From a virus: a stretch of DNA of 64,000 nucleotides. This document shows positions 47,248 through 56,241 of this stretch, piece after piece. Below the pieces are notes generated by a model. That model was given only the letters and a program-made list of their open reading frames with translations. It searched no databases and was not told where the DNA came from. The position numbers and the translations under genes were made by a program. Where the stretch lies: IMG/VR virus record IMGVR_UViG_3300036799_000043, positions 1 through 64,000 of that record, one strand, 5' to 3'. Each line of letters begins with the position of its first letter. Positions within the stretch are counted from its first letter, which is position 1.

Positions 47248-47916
47248 GTGACTTCTCGACTTCGTATCGCCCTTGCATTCGCGCTACTGCTCGCTGTGGT
47301 GTTCCCAGCGGCGTCTGCGTTCGCGTGGACGTGTCAGCCGGGCGTAAAGGACACGCCCGCTAACGAGCAGGCAGGACTCTGCGTTTTGCATCCAACACCG
47401 ACCCAAATCCCGACGACTGCACCTACTCCGCAGCCGACAGTGCAAACACCTGCACCGACCCCGCCGATTGTCGTCGTACCCACGTCAGCGCCGCCCGTGA
47501 GCGCACCGCCGCAGACCAATACGAGCAGCGCGCCGAGCTTTGAGAACATCTGCGTCACGAGTGTGAGCGACAACGTGCAGCACACGGACATCGTGCGCAC
47601 GAGCGACGCCAATGCGTATCTCGCGCAGCACGCTAACGCATATCACATGCCAGACATCGGCAACTGCGGACCGACAGACGTGTACTTGCAGACTGCAAAG
47701 CCGACTGTGGCGATCACGCCCGTCCCCGTCACAGCGACGCCAGTAGCAACTGTCGAGTCGACGCCCGCGCCAACTGTGACGCCAGAAGCGACGCCGACTG
47801 CTACTGCTACGCCAGTTATGACGACGCCGACTGCGACGCCAGAAGTCGTCGAGACACCAGTACCCGCTGTGCCTGACACGGGCGACGGAACTGCCGCCGA
47901 TGAGATCGCTCCTTAG
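47248..47916 (+). CDS. Secreted Pro/Thr-rich protein with C-terminal VPDTG sortase-type motif
   Basis: Signal peptide (AFA-W); PT-rich linkers; ends VPDTGDGTAADEIAP. Confidence 0.75.
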   Translation: MTSRLRIALAFALLLAVVFPAASAFAWTCQPGVKDTPANEQAGLCVLHPTPTQIPTTAPTPQPTVQTPAPTPPIVVVPTSAPPVSAPPQTNTSSAPSFENICVTSVSDNVQHTDIVRTSDANAYLAQHANAYHMPDIGNCGPTDVYLQTAKPTVAITPVPVTATPVATVESTPAPTVTPEATPTATATPVMTTPTATPEVVETPVPAVPDTGDGTAADEIAP

Positions 47917-48367
47917 CATCACCGCAGCGCTGCTTGTCGCGGTGCTCAGCGTGTCGAGCGCCTACGCTGACGATCTGACTGTCTCGATCCCAGACATCAG
48001 CGTCAGCGCAGCGACAGAGCGACTGGGTGTCGTCGATGACGTGCTCAGCGCTCCAGACGATCCCGACTCGCTCGGCGTATTCGAGTTTGGCGAGCAGACG
48101 ATCATTGCCGGTCACCGAGACTGGCAGTATCGTCTGCGCGCTTTCTCTCGCCTGGATCAGCTACAGCAAGGCGCAGAGGTCGACTTGAGTGACGGTCGCA
48201 GCTACAGCGTCGACTCGACTGCGGTGCTCGACGTAGACGACGCAGACGCGTGGTCGAGCTATCTGACTGGTGACGACTCGCTCGTACTCGTAACGTGTAC
48301 AGGCCCGTTCTCCTTGAGTCGACACGAGTACTTGCAGCGCTTCGTCGTGCTCGCGTTGCCAAATTAG
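47900..48367 (+). CDS. Class F sortase
   Basis: 'TIIAGHRD', 'AF..L..L..G', 'LVLVTC.GPF', 'Y..R.VV.A' give the His-Cys-Arg triad. Confidence 0.88.
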   Translation: MRSLLSITAALLVAVLSVSSAYADDLTVSIPDISVSAATERLGVVDDVLSAPDDPDSLGVFEFGEQTIIAGHRDWQYRLRAFSRLDQLQQGAEVDLSDGRSYSVDSTAVLDVDDADAWSSYLTGDDSLVLVTCTGPFSLSRHEYLQRFVVLALPN

Positions 48368-48370
48368 TAC

Positions 48371-48399
48371 TTGCGCTGCGATATGCAGTGCTGTATAGT
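48371..48399 (+). promoter_or_regulatory. Phage promoter with CAGTGCTG (leaderless gene)
   Basis: TTGCGC-17 nt-TATAGT; ATG 7 nt later. Confidence 0.75.
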
Positions 48400-48406
48400 G
48401 AGAGCA

Positions 48407-48631
48407 ATGAACACGACGACAGAGATCAAGCGCACGACACTCACCGCTACAGCCGCAGCCAAGCTGCACTGCTCGCAGACCCACCGCTGCACCGACAGCG
48501 TTGTGGTCGTGCTGAGCTACCAGTTCGCAGACGGCGCTCGGCTCAACCACTACCCACTGTGCGAGTCGCATCAGGGCGACTATTCGCGCGACAGCCAAAC
48601 GCTGCGCGCAATCAAGGAGATCGTGCGATGA
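48407..48631 (+). CDS. Small hypothetical protein (MNTTT...)
   Basis: Leaderless start. Confidence 0.55.
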   Translation: MNTTTEIKRTTLTATAAAKLHCSQTHRCTDSVVVVLSYQFADGARLNHYPLCESHQGDYSRDSQTLRAIKEIVR

Positions 48632-49125
48632 GCAGCGTTCTGCCAGCGATGCCGAAGAACGCGATCCAGCGCAGCAAGCTCGAACTCGACGCAGAGAAAG
48701 CAGCGCGCAAGTCGCTTGAGGACAGCATCACCAATCTGCGTTCGCTGATGCACAGCGACAAGTTCCGCGAGAACCCGTACGTCAACATCGTCGACATCCT
48801 GACGTGGGCAGAGCAAGCGATGAGTGCTGCGAGCGACGCCGAGTCTGCTTCGTACGCAGTCGGCCGTATGCGCCAAGCTGTGTACAGCAACATCACTACA
48901 GCGCTCGACACGAACGGCGCCAACGCTCTGTACAAAGTCGACGCGTTCGCTCTCGAAGGACCTGAGACGCGCACTGTGTACGTGCTCAAGTCAGATGTCG
49001 AATTCGCGCTTGAAGTGCTGCGCGCTGATGGCATCTACTATCGCGCCGAACTGAGCGAATGGGAAGATGCACGACCGTGGGAGCGCGAAGGTCGCTGGCT
49101 CTACGCACAGTCGGTGACGCTGTGA
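48628..49125 (+). CDS. Hypothetical protein
   Basis: SD AAGGAG; ATGA overlap. Confidence 0.55.
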   Translation: MSSVLPAMPKNAIQRSKLELDAEKAARKSLEDSITNLRSLMHSDKFRENPYVNIVDILTWAEQAMSAASDAESASYAVGRMRQAVYSNITTALDTNGANALYKVDAFALEGPETRTVYVLKSDVEFALEVLRADGIYYRAELSEWEDARPWEREGRWLYAQSVTL

Positions 49126-49460
49126 AGCACGAACAGACCGAATACACGCTCGGGCCTGCGCCAACCTTTTACCATCACGCGCACTGCTCGTGCGGCTGGA
49201 GAAGTAAGGGCAGAGGTCACGTTGAGACTGTGCGGCGAGACTGGGAGCAGCACGAGCGAGAATCCAACTTGCCGAAGCTCGTCGAAGGCGAGTGCTCGTG
49301 GTGCTGTGAGCGGTCTGCGCGTTGCGTCGAATTCTTCTCCGGACTGTCGTACGCGCGACTGTGCCCAGACTGCATCAAGCGCATGCACAAGCGTAACAAC
49401 CAGCTTGCGACAGCAGATCGTCACGTGCGCTATGCGGAGAGGGCTGGACATGCCAGATAG
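49122..49460 (+). CDS. Cys-rich hypothetical protein
   Basis: CSCGW, CSWC, CPDC. Confidence 0.5.
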   Translation: MKHEQTEYTLGPAPTFYHHAHCSCGWRSKGRGHVETVRRDWEQHERESNLPKLVEGECSWCCERSARCVEFFSGLSYARLCPDCIKRMHKRNNQLATADRHVRYAERAGHAR

Positions 49461-49788
49461 GGTGCAGTCAATGGAAGGCATGATGCTCGAAGCTGAGCAG
49501 CACGCGGCGCGCAACGAAGCCGACAAACAGGCCCTTGAGCGCATTGTCGAGAACCGACGACAAGCGTTGCAGATCGCAGAGACGAAGTGGACGGAAGTGC
49601 GCGATGGTCTTGTGTTGCAGCTACAGTGCTGCACAGGACCTCGTGACAACTTCGCGCTGCCGAGTGTCGTTGCGCACAGCGCAGACAAGCTCAATCAGTG
49701 GTTGACAGCCTACGATCAAGCGAGTGAGGAATACTACGCCGCACGACGGGCGCTGCGCTGCTTGAGAGGGGAGCCAGAAGATAGCTAA
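49450..49788 (+). CDS. Hypothetical coiled-coil protein
   Basis: SD-like GAGG; overlap-coupled. Confidence 0.5.
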   Translation: MPDRVQSMEGMMLEAEQHAARNEADKQALERIVENRRQALQIAETKWTEVRDGLVLQLQCCTGPRDNFALPSVVAHSADKLNQWLTAYDQASEEYYAARRALRCLRGEPEDS

Positions 49789-49803
49789 CGTTAGACTGTC
49801 AAC

Positions 49804-50301
49804 GTGAGCGAACCAGCAGCGAGCGACGTTGTAGAGGCGTTTTGCGACGCGCTCGCTATTGCGGTCAGATACGCCACAAGAGCGCAGCGAATATATCTGC
49901 GCATCAATGGGAAGCGAGGAACCGGAACAGTGGTAGATATTCCTGATGATCGCGCATTCGGCCTTGTCGTCGACTTTGAAGACAAATTTGGCGAACAGGC
50001 GCGCGAGCCGGGCGCAGTCACTTTCAGCAGCGACCAGACTGATCTCGTCACGATCACGCCGAACACGATGCTTGACGCCGACGGCAATGTCGTGCCCGCA
50101 ACTGACGACATGCACGCGACTGCTATGGCGAACGCCGGCAGCGGCAGCTTCAATCTGTTCGCGAGCAGCGGCACGCTGAATCTCGAAACGCCCGAGGCGT
50201 GCAACATCGTCGCTGGTTCTGCGGTGACCGGCCACGTGGTCGTCGAATTGACGCAACCCGCTGCGTCGTCGGCACATCACCGCACTCACAAGGACAAGTA
50301 G
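49804..50301 (+). CDS. Hypothetical beta-rich protein (start possibly 49930)
   Basis: Ig-like composition; followed by a hairpin at about 50307-50334. Confidence 0.45.
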   Translation: MSEPAASDVVEAFCDALAIAVRYATRAQRIYLRINGKRGTGTVVDIPDDRAFGLVVDFEDKFGEQAREPGAVTFSSDQTDLVTITPNTMLDADGNVVPATDDMHATAMANAGSGSFNLFASSGTLNLETPEACNIVAGSAVTGHVVVELTQPAASSAHHRTHKDK

Positions 50302-50352
50302 CTCACAGGCGTCGCAGTTTATCTGCGGCGCCTTCTCTGACACACACGACGA

Positions 50353-50844
50353 ATGGTGGGGCCACCGATGAGTGACTTATTGATCGAGCGCGCGACACAC
50401 GACGATTACTGGCTTATTCAGCAGATTGTAGAGTCTGCAAATTTGCCATCAGACAATGTGCATTCGACACCGTTTCTGATTGCGCGCAAAGATCAAATAC
50501 CAGTAGGCGTGATTGGCTACAGTATCGAGAGAGAGGGCTGGGTGCATGTGCGCTCACTCAGCGTACGTAAGTCGTTTCGGCGTCAAGGTATTGGCGAAGC
50601 ACTGATACAAGCGCTCGTGGACTATCTCAAGACGCGCGATGACGCAACGGTGTTGATCGTTATGTGCATGTACTGGAACATTCGTTTCTACAAGAATCGA
50701 GGTTTTCAGCGCATCTCGTCGCAGGCGAAGCAACACGATCCAGTCGCAGCGCTTGAGGAACATTCGCACTGCACGTGCTTCGCTCTGCGACTACAGCAGC
50801 CTATTGAGGACGTGCTCGCGCCGCAGATGCTAAATGCCAAGTAG
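50353..50844 (+). CDS. GNAT-family N-acetyltransferase
   Basis: 'VRSLSV...RRQGIGEALI', 'FYKNRGF'. Confidence 0.85.
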   Translation: MVGPPMSDLLIERATHDDYWLIQQIVESANLPSDNVHSTPFLIARKDQIPVGVIGYSIEREGWVHVRSLSVRKSFRRQGIGEALIQALVDYLKTRDDATVLIVMCMYWNIRFYKNRGFQRISSQAKQHDPVAALEEHSHCTCFALRLQQPIEDVLAPQMLNAK

Positions 50845-51421
50845 GCCACCGCTACCCGACAGTGACGCTGCGTACGTTTGCCGTAACCATCACACGGACG
50901 AGCTTGTCAGCGGCGCATTGTTCTCTCAAAACAACGAGCATCGATACGCGCTCTGGCGCATGTGGGGAGACGGTGCGTACGTGCTGTTTTGCGGATTGAA
51001 CCCGTCGACTGCTGACGATCTCAAGAACGATCCGACGTGTACGCGTGAAGTGAACTGGGCGCGAGCATGGGGCTTCGATGGCTTCGTCAAAGTGAACTGG
51101 GGCAGCTATCGCTCGACGAGTCCGCTCGTGCTCAAGGGTCTTGGGCCTGACACTGCGACTGGTGGGTTATTCAACGATATCGCGTTGATCCACTACGCTC
51201 GTCAGGCCGCGCTCGTCGTGGTGTGTTGGGGCGTACACGGTGCGCTCTGGCAGCACGGTAGGAAGGTCGTCAGAGCATTGCAGACGTGGGACGTGCAGCC
51301 ATACGCGTTTCACTTCTATCGCGCTGGTAAGCGTTACGCAGAGGTGGCAAACGGTGAGCCTCGTCACACGCTGTACCTGCCAAATTCTGCTCGACTGCAC
51401 GCGTATCAAACGCGCCTCTAA
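50834..51421 (+). CDS. DUF1643 family protein
   Basis: 'RYALWR.W', 'GLNPSTAD...DPT', 'VVVCWG', 'EPRH.LY'. Confidence 0.85.
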   Translation: MPSRPPLPDSDAAYVCRNHHTDELVSGALFSQNNEHRYALWRMWGDGAYVLFCGLNPSTADDLKNDPTCTREVNWARAWGFDGFVKVNWGSYRSTSPLVLKGLGPDTATGGLFNDIALIHYARQAALVVVCWGVHGALWQHGRKVVRALQTWDVQPYAFHFYRAGKRYAEVANGEPRHTLYLPNSARLHAYQTRL

Positions 51422-51476
51422 CGCCACGCTGATGCTGCTCTGATACGAGATGTCGCATTCTGATGTACGTAAACAG

Positions 51477-51669
51477 ACCGGGGTAGCTCAGTTGGTAGAG
51501 CACGGAGCGGGTACAAGTCGACACGATGAGCGCGCAGAGCACGTAGCTAGTGCCGAGCAGACTCAAAGCGAGAATTCGCGGCCCTTGCCGAAGCCAGACA
51601 CGTTTGCAAGCGTGCGCGGAACAGGGAAAGAAACCTCCGAGGTCGTGGGTTCAAGTCCTGCCCCCGGTG
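51477..51669 (+). tRNA. tRNA-like gene with a 127-nt structured insert in place of the anticodon loop (identity uncertain)
   Basis: Acceptor ACCGGGG/CCCCGGT, D arm GCTC-AGTTGGTA-GAGC, anticodon stem CGGAG/CTCCG, variable AGGTC, T arm GTGGG-TTCAAGT-CCTGC; no encoded CCA. Confidence 0.75.
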
Positions 51670-52118
51670 CTAGATCGAGAGCAGGCGTACAGCTTCGCTG
51701 GCGTCAAGCTCTTGGCAGAGCAGAGTGCCCGTACGCGTACCGCTGGGTGCTGCCACTCGGTCGCTTCGGCTCGATCAGGCTGCATCAGTGGTTGCGATCA
51801 GACGACGAGCGCGCAGCGCACGATCACCCGAGCGACTTTCTGACGCTCGTGCTGTTCGGCGGCTACGTCGACGCGCTTGAGCATGCAGACGGCTCGCAGA
51901 GTTACGACAGACTAGCTGTCGCAGCGGTGCGCTACAGACGCGCTGAGCACCGTCACAGAGTCGTCCTGACGCATTCCCCAACGTGGACACTGCTGTACTT
52001 TGCGCCCGCGCGTCGTGACTGGGGTTTCTACAAGCGTCGAGCGATCGGTGGCTTTCGCTTTCTTCGGCAACACAAGTGGTTCGCGAGCTTCGGTCACCAT
52101 CCGTGCGACCAGCAGTGA
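51645..52118 (+). CDS. Cupin-fold phage protein (start uncertain)
   Basis: 'IRLH....SD.....HDHP..F.TLVL.GGY', 'RRAEHRHRV', 'WTL....R.WGF'. Confidence 0.65.
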   Translation: MGSSPAPGARSRAGVQLRWRQALGRAECPYAYRWVLPLGRFGSIRLHQWLRSDDERAAHDHPSDFLTLVLFGGYVDALEHADGSQSYDRLAVAAVRYRRAEHRHRVVLTHSPTWTLLYFAPARRDWGFYKRRAIGGFRFLRQHKWFASFGHHPCDQQ

Positions 52119-52217
52119 CGCGTCCGTAATGTTTAGCTCTTGTCTAAGCAGCCGTGATTACACATACTGCGCTCGCTGACAGCGAAGACTGTCAAGCACA
52201 CGACTAAGGAGCGAACG

Positions 52218-52682
52218 ATGTTTCGCACAATCTCTCGCACTGTCACTGTTCTCGCCGCCGCTGCAGTTCTCGCCGCCTTCGCTGTTGCACCCGCGTCAGC
52301 GTATATGCCAACGCAGAGCGACTATCTGCATCTCGACAACTTCAACCTGAAAGCTCAAGACGTTGGCGGCAATAACTGGCTGACGCTGGGTGATCTCAAG
52401 ACGACTCGCTATGCCGTAGTGCGAGCCACGAACGTCAAAGGCGCTGCCGGCGTGACTATGACGCTCTGGGTGAGCGGTCGCGAGGACAAGCTTTACGTGC
52501 AGAACAACCAGACCGTGCTCGTCGACTTCGGCAAGTACATCAACACTGACACGTTCACCGAGATGCAGATGCAGTTCCCGCGCGGCACTCAGGTGACCAA
52601 CGTCACGCTCGACGTGTACGCAGTGTCGAGTGGCTTCTTCTCTGCTATCGCTGCGCCGACGCCAGCGCCGTACGTTCCCTAG
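52218..52682 (+). CDS. Secreted protein of unknown function
   Basis: Ala-rich signal peptide ending APASA; SD TAAGGAG. Confidence 0.65.
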   Translation: MFRTISRTVTVLAAAAVLAAFAVAPASAYMPTQSDYLHLDNFNLKAQDVGGNNWLTLGDLKTTRYAVVRATNVKGAAGVTMTLWVSGREDKLYVQNNQTVLVDFGKYINTDTFTEMQMQFPRGTQVTNVTLDVYAVSSGFFSAIAAPTPAPYVP

Positions 52683-52701
52683 CTTTCAGCGCTCGCGTCA
52701 C

Positions 52702-52737
52702 AAAACGCCACGAGTCTTCGGATTCGTGGCGTTTTCT
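52702..52737 (+). terminator. Intrinsic terminator with cUUCGg loop
   Basis: aaaacgccacgagtc-ttcg-gattcgtggcgtttt. Confidence 0.8.
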
Positions 52738-52777
52738 ATTGCGCTCGCAGTATGCAGCACTGTATATTGAAAGAGTC

Positions 52778-53620
52778 ATGAACACGACGACGCGAACAGA
52801 TGTCCACTCACCGAAGAACCTCATCACTGAGGACTACGAACTCGTCAACTGCTTCGACAACCAGACTGCCTGGGCAATCACTGAGTACGGCTTGACGATC
52901 TCGCGCAAGCTGCACGCTGATGACGAGCTTGGTCGCGGTGCGAACCAGTGCCACCACTGCGGCGCTCACATTCGCTACTTTGCAGTGCTTGAGCACACGC
53001 CGACCGGCAAGTACATCGTTGCTGGCGAGACCTGCGTCGACAATCGATTCTCGCGAGCGACCGCTGACTTCCAGCGCCTCCGCAAGCAAGCTGAGCTAGA
53101 TCGCGCGCAGCAGCGCATCAAGCGAGCGCTCGAACAGTTCGCCGCTGACAACAGCGATGTTGCGTTTCTCGCGACTGGCGAGCTTCCGGAGAGCATCTCG
53201 TGGAACAACTTCGTGAGTGACATCTCGCGCAAGCTGCGCATGTACGGCGAGATCAGCACTCGTCAACTGACCGCCGTTCGCGACGCCATCCAGCGCGCCG
53301 AGCAGCAGAACGCAGAGCGCGCCGCTCGCAAAGCAGCCGAAGCGACGCAGATCACGAGCGATGTCGTTGAGGGCCGCATCGAGATCAGCGGCGAAGTGCT
53401 CTCGACCAAGTGGATCGAAAGCCAGTTCGGTAGCTCACTCAAGATGCTCGTACGCGACGCTCGTGGCTTCAAAGTCTTCGGCAGTGTCCCGAGCAGCATC
53501 AGCGCGAATCGTGGCGACCGCGTTCGCTTCGTCGCGACAGTCGAGCGCTCGCGCGACGACTCGCAGTTTGGATTCTTCTCTCGCCCGAGCAAAGCAGCGG
53601 TCATTACGACCGCTGCGTAG
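52778..53620 (+). CDS. Conserved phage protein with Zn-ribbon and C-terminal OB-fold-like domain
   Basis: CHHCG...GETC; 'G.V.S.K...S.FG...KMLV', 'GFFSRP.K'; promoter TTGCGC...TATATT just upstream. Confidence 0.65.
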   Translation: MNTTTRTDVHSPKNLITEDYELVNCFDNQTAWAITEYGLTISRKLHADDELGRGANQCHHCGAHIRYFAVLEHTPTGKYIVAGETCVDNRFSRATADFQRLRKQAELDRAQQRIKRALEQFAADNSDVAFLATGELPESISWNNFVSDISRKLRMYGEISTRQLTAVRDAIQRAEQQNAERAARKAAEATQITSDVVEGRIEISGEVLSTKWIESQFGSSLKMLVRDARGFKVFGSVPSSISANRGDRVRFVATVERSRDDSQFGFFSRPSKAAVITTAA

Positions 53621-53679
53621 CTTGCACGTGAGTTAGCAGTAGAGTAGACTGAGACTACACACGACAAGGAGACAGTCAG

Positions 53680-53826
53680 ATGCCTAAACTCGAACGCGCC
53701 GCTCGCCGCGACGCACGCGAAAAAGCCGAACCACGCCGCAACGTGCACCAGAAGTCGGCTCGGCGCCGACAACTGCGCCGCTCAAGCGTCATGCGACTTA
53801 CGGCCGCTTACGGCCGAGCCGCATGA
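53680..53826 (+). CDS. Small Arg-rich protein (48 aa)
   Basis: SD AAGGAG after promoter and ACACGAC box; ATGA overlap with the next gene. Confidence 0.5.
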   Translation: MPKLERAARRDAREKAEPRRNVHQKSARRRQLRRSSVMRLTAAYGRAA

Positions 53827-54026
53827 CGAGCATCGATAAGCTCCCGAATGCACTCGTCGAAGCAGCGCGCCAGACTCTCGGCGTCGACGCTGGCGACACA
53901 AGCCGCGACGCACTGATTGAGAGTATGAACGCGCGCACGCTCGTCAGCAAGTACACACAGTGGCATCTTGGCGATAGATCATGGGGCACGGCCATCTACG
54001 ACTACATCAAGGAGATCGAGCCGTGA
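53823..54026 (+). CDS. Hypothetical protein
   Basis: Coupled. Confidence 0.5.
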   Translation: MTSIDKLPNALVEAARQTLGVDAGDTSRDALIESMNARTLVSKYTQWHLGDRSWGTAIYDYIKEIEP

Positions 54027-54307
54027 CACTCAACTATCAGCCAATCCCGAGTGTCAGTGGCAATGGCTACACCGCGCTCACACTGCGCGAACCAGGCGAA
54101 TGGTTCGACCAGCCGACGTGGTTCGTGTTCGTGGGAGGTTGCGGTGTTGCGCAGACCACGACACAAGCTGACGCCGAGCGCGAGCTACTCGCGCGCGCTG
54201 TTAGCTACTGTGACCGACACATCGCGTACGCCAAGACGCAGATTGAGCACTACGAGCGTCAGAAACGGGTGCTGCAATCGAATGGACTGATAAGGCAGGT
54301 TGACTGA
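54023..54307 (+). CDS. Hypothetical protein
   Basis: SD AAGGAG; GTGA overlap. Confidence 0.5.
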   Translation: MTLNYQPIPSVSGNGYTALTLREPGEWFDQPTWFVFVGGCGVAQTTTQADAERELLARAVSYCDRHIAYAKTQIEHYERQKRVLQSNGLIRQVD

Positions 54308-54507
54308 GTGGCTTCCGGCAATATCGACGATCCAGAATTCACGTTCAACGATCTAGTCGACTGGGCGGCGAGCTACTTGCTGATCGAACTGATAGCTGGT
54401 CGCTTCCGTCAGGGTGTTTGGATGGTGTGTTCACAGTCCGTACGTTGGCGAGCGATGCGCAGTGATGAGGCTGTTGGCGCAAATATGTCGTGGACGAAGA
54501 AAGTCAA

Positions 54508-54861
54508 ATGACCGACGACGAGCGCATGTCACTCGACGAGCTACAGCGCCTCATGCAAGCGCATCAGGCTGAGTGGGTAATCATCCCCGAACAGAAGCTA
54601 GACGAGCTTGGCATTGTCGACTACACGAGTCTCAACACGACCATAAGCTCGTCGCGCGAACTGCTGTGTCGTGAGTGCTTTATCGCGACACGATCCATCG
54701 TGGTTGCGGCGTGGCCGTGTACGACGCACAAGCTGCTCGCGCGTAACCAGGAGATGACCGAATTGGTACAGCGCTTGTGGGGAGCGGTGCATCACTTGGA
54801 TCGTGAGAATCCCTTTATACGCCAGGCATACGAGCACCTCGGGCTACACGTCGAGCGCTGA
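54508..54861 (+). CDS. Hypothetical protein
   Basis: CREC...WPC.T motif. Confidence 0.5.
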   Translation: MTDDERMSLDELQRLMQAHQAEWVIIPEQKLDELGIVDYTSLNTTISSSRELLCRECFIATRSIVVAAWPCTTHKLLARNQEMTELVQRLWGAVHHLDRENPFIRQAYEHLGLHVER

Positions 54862-55011
54862 AAATGGAGCATCAATGTCGATAACGCTTGTGTTTCCAGA
54901 CTGGCCAGCGTGGGTCTACGTAGTCGTTGTTGCCCTGTTGGTACTCATTGGCTCGATAGGTGAGCAGATCGGGCGTGATCTGTACGACTTTTTCGCTCGA
55001 CGCGTACGACG

Positions 55012-55422
55012 ATGACTGACAAGCTGCTACATGGCCTACGACCACTGACGCTGCAGTACGCCGGCATGATCGCGCTCGCGCTGCTCGAAAGCGACGAGTT
55101 TCGCTGCACCGCTGAGAAGTGGATGGACGACGACGCAGATCAGCACGAAGACTGGTACGACGACAAGGATCGCTGTACACACGTGCTGACCGTCGAGATC
55201 GAACACGAGTATGGCGAGTACGGGTCGCTGCTGTCTAGCGCGCTCGTCGTGCGCGGTGTGTGTGCAGCGTGGCACAGATACGAGTGGGGCGAAGGTGGCG
55301 TATACGAGGAGATCGCGCATCGCTACAGCGAGCGTCAGCAGCTACTCCGTCGTGTGCGCGAAGTGATGCGCCTGGGTGATCTACCAATCAAGCACAAGAT
55401 GTGGGATGTGATGCCATTCTGA
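55012..55422 (+). CDS. Hypothetical protein
   Basis: Coupled ORF. Confidence 0.5.
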   Translation: MTDKLLHGLRPLTLQYAGMIALALLESDEFRCTAEKWMDDDADQHEDWYDDKDRCTHVLTVEIEHEYGEYGSLLSSALVVRGVCAAWHRYEWGEGGVYEEIAHRYSERQQLLRRVREVMRLGDLPIKHKMWDVMPF

Positions 55423-56042
55423 TGCCAACAGCTATTACAACAGACGCTAGCTGCGAGACATGCGGTAAGCGTGTCGAATTCTGGTACACGTCAAGCGGTC
55501 CCGTCGATGTCGGCGCGTGCACAAACTGCGGTGCGTCGGCGGTCTTTGCGCATGTGGTGTCTTCGACGATTGCTAATTACGGCGACACGGGCATGTCGCT
55601 CGAACAGCTTGGCAAGCTACCTGCACACGAAGCCGACTCTCTGCTCATGCGCAAGCTGTATGAAGTCAAGCAGCAGATCAACGCTCTGACCGCCGCCGCT
55701 AATCAACTCGATTCAATGCTGTACGAGCGCGTCAGGTCGCGCGGTCCCAAAGCAGATCGTACGAGCGACGGCGTGTACGAATACCGAGTACACGAGACAG
55801 TCGGCAAGTGGTCTTTCAATCTCGAAACACTTGCCGAGTTACAGCAGCACATCACACCAGACGAATTCGACAATGCCGTTGTGTTCGTGCCAGAGCAAGT
55901 GATTGCAGCGACGCGCAAGCCGAATAAGACGAAGCTCAACGAACTCGCGAAGCGCGGTGGCGACATCGAGCGCATCGTAGACGCGGGTTGCTCGCCAGAA
56001 TCGACGAGCATCAAGACAGAAGTGACACGGAAGAAGAAGTGA
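55422..56042 (+). CDS. Hypothetical protein with N-terminal Zn ribbon
   Basis: CETC...CTNC; TGATG overlap. Confidence 0.55.
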   Translation: MPTAITTDASCETCGKRVEFWYTSSGPVDVGACTNCGASAVFAHVVSSTIANYGDTGMSLEQLGKLPAHEADSLLMRKLYEVKQQINALTAAANQLDSMLYERVRSRGPKADRTSDGVYEYRVHETVGKWSFNLETLAELQQHITPDEFDNAVVFVPEQVIAATRKPNKTKLNELAKRGGDIERIVDAGCSPESTSIKTEVTRKKK

Positions 56043-56241
56043 CACGTCTGTCGCAGGCGGCGCGTGTGCGGTGTCAGTCATGCGATTGGCGTGGCTATCG
56101 TACGTACTTCACAGAGTGTGAGCACGACACCGCCTGCTCATGCGCGCACCTCAGCGTTGTCGCAAACCCGTGTCCGCGCTGTGGCAGCAGACTGCTCGGT
56201 GAGTATCCAAGGTATGCACGTGAGGAGGTCACACGACGAAA

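Noticed and set aside
51450-51644. N-terminal part of the 222-aa ORF as real protein
   Set aside because: Overlaps the tRNA-like element; recognisable cupin motifs begin only downstream
51477-51669. tmRNA
   Set aside because: Has a full D stem, lacks the G3-U70 alanine acceptor and a tag-like reading frame, and is too short
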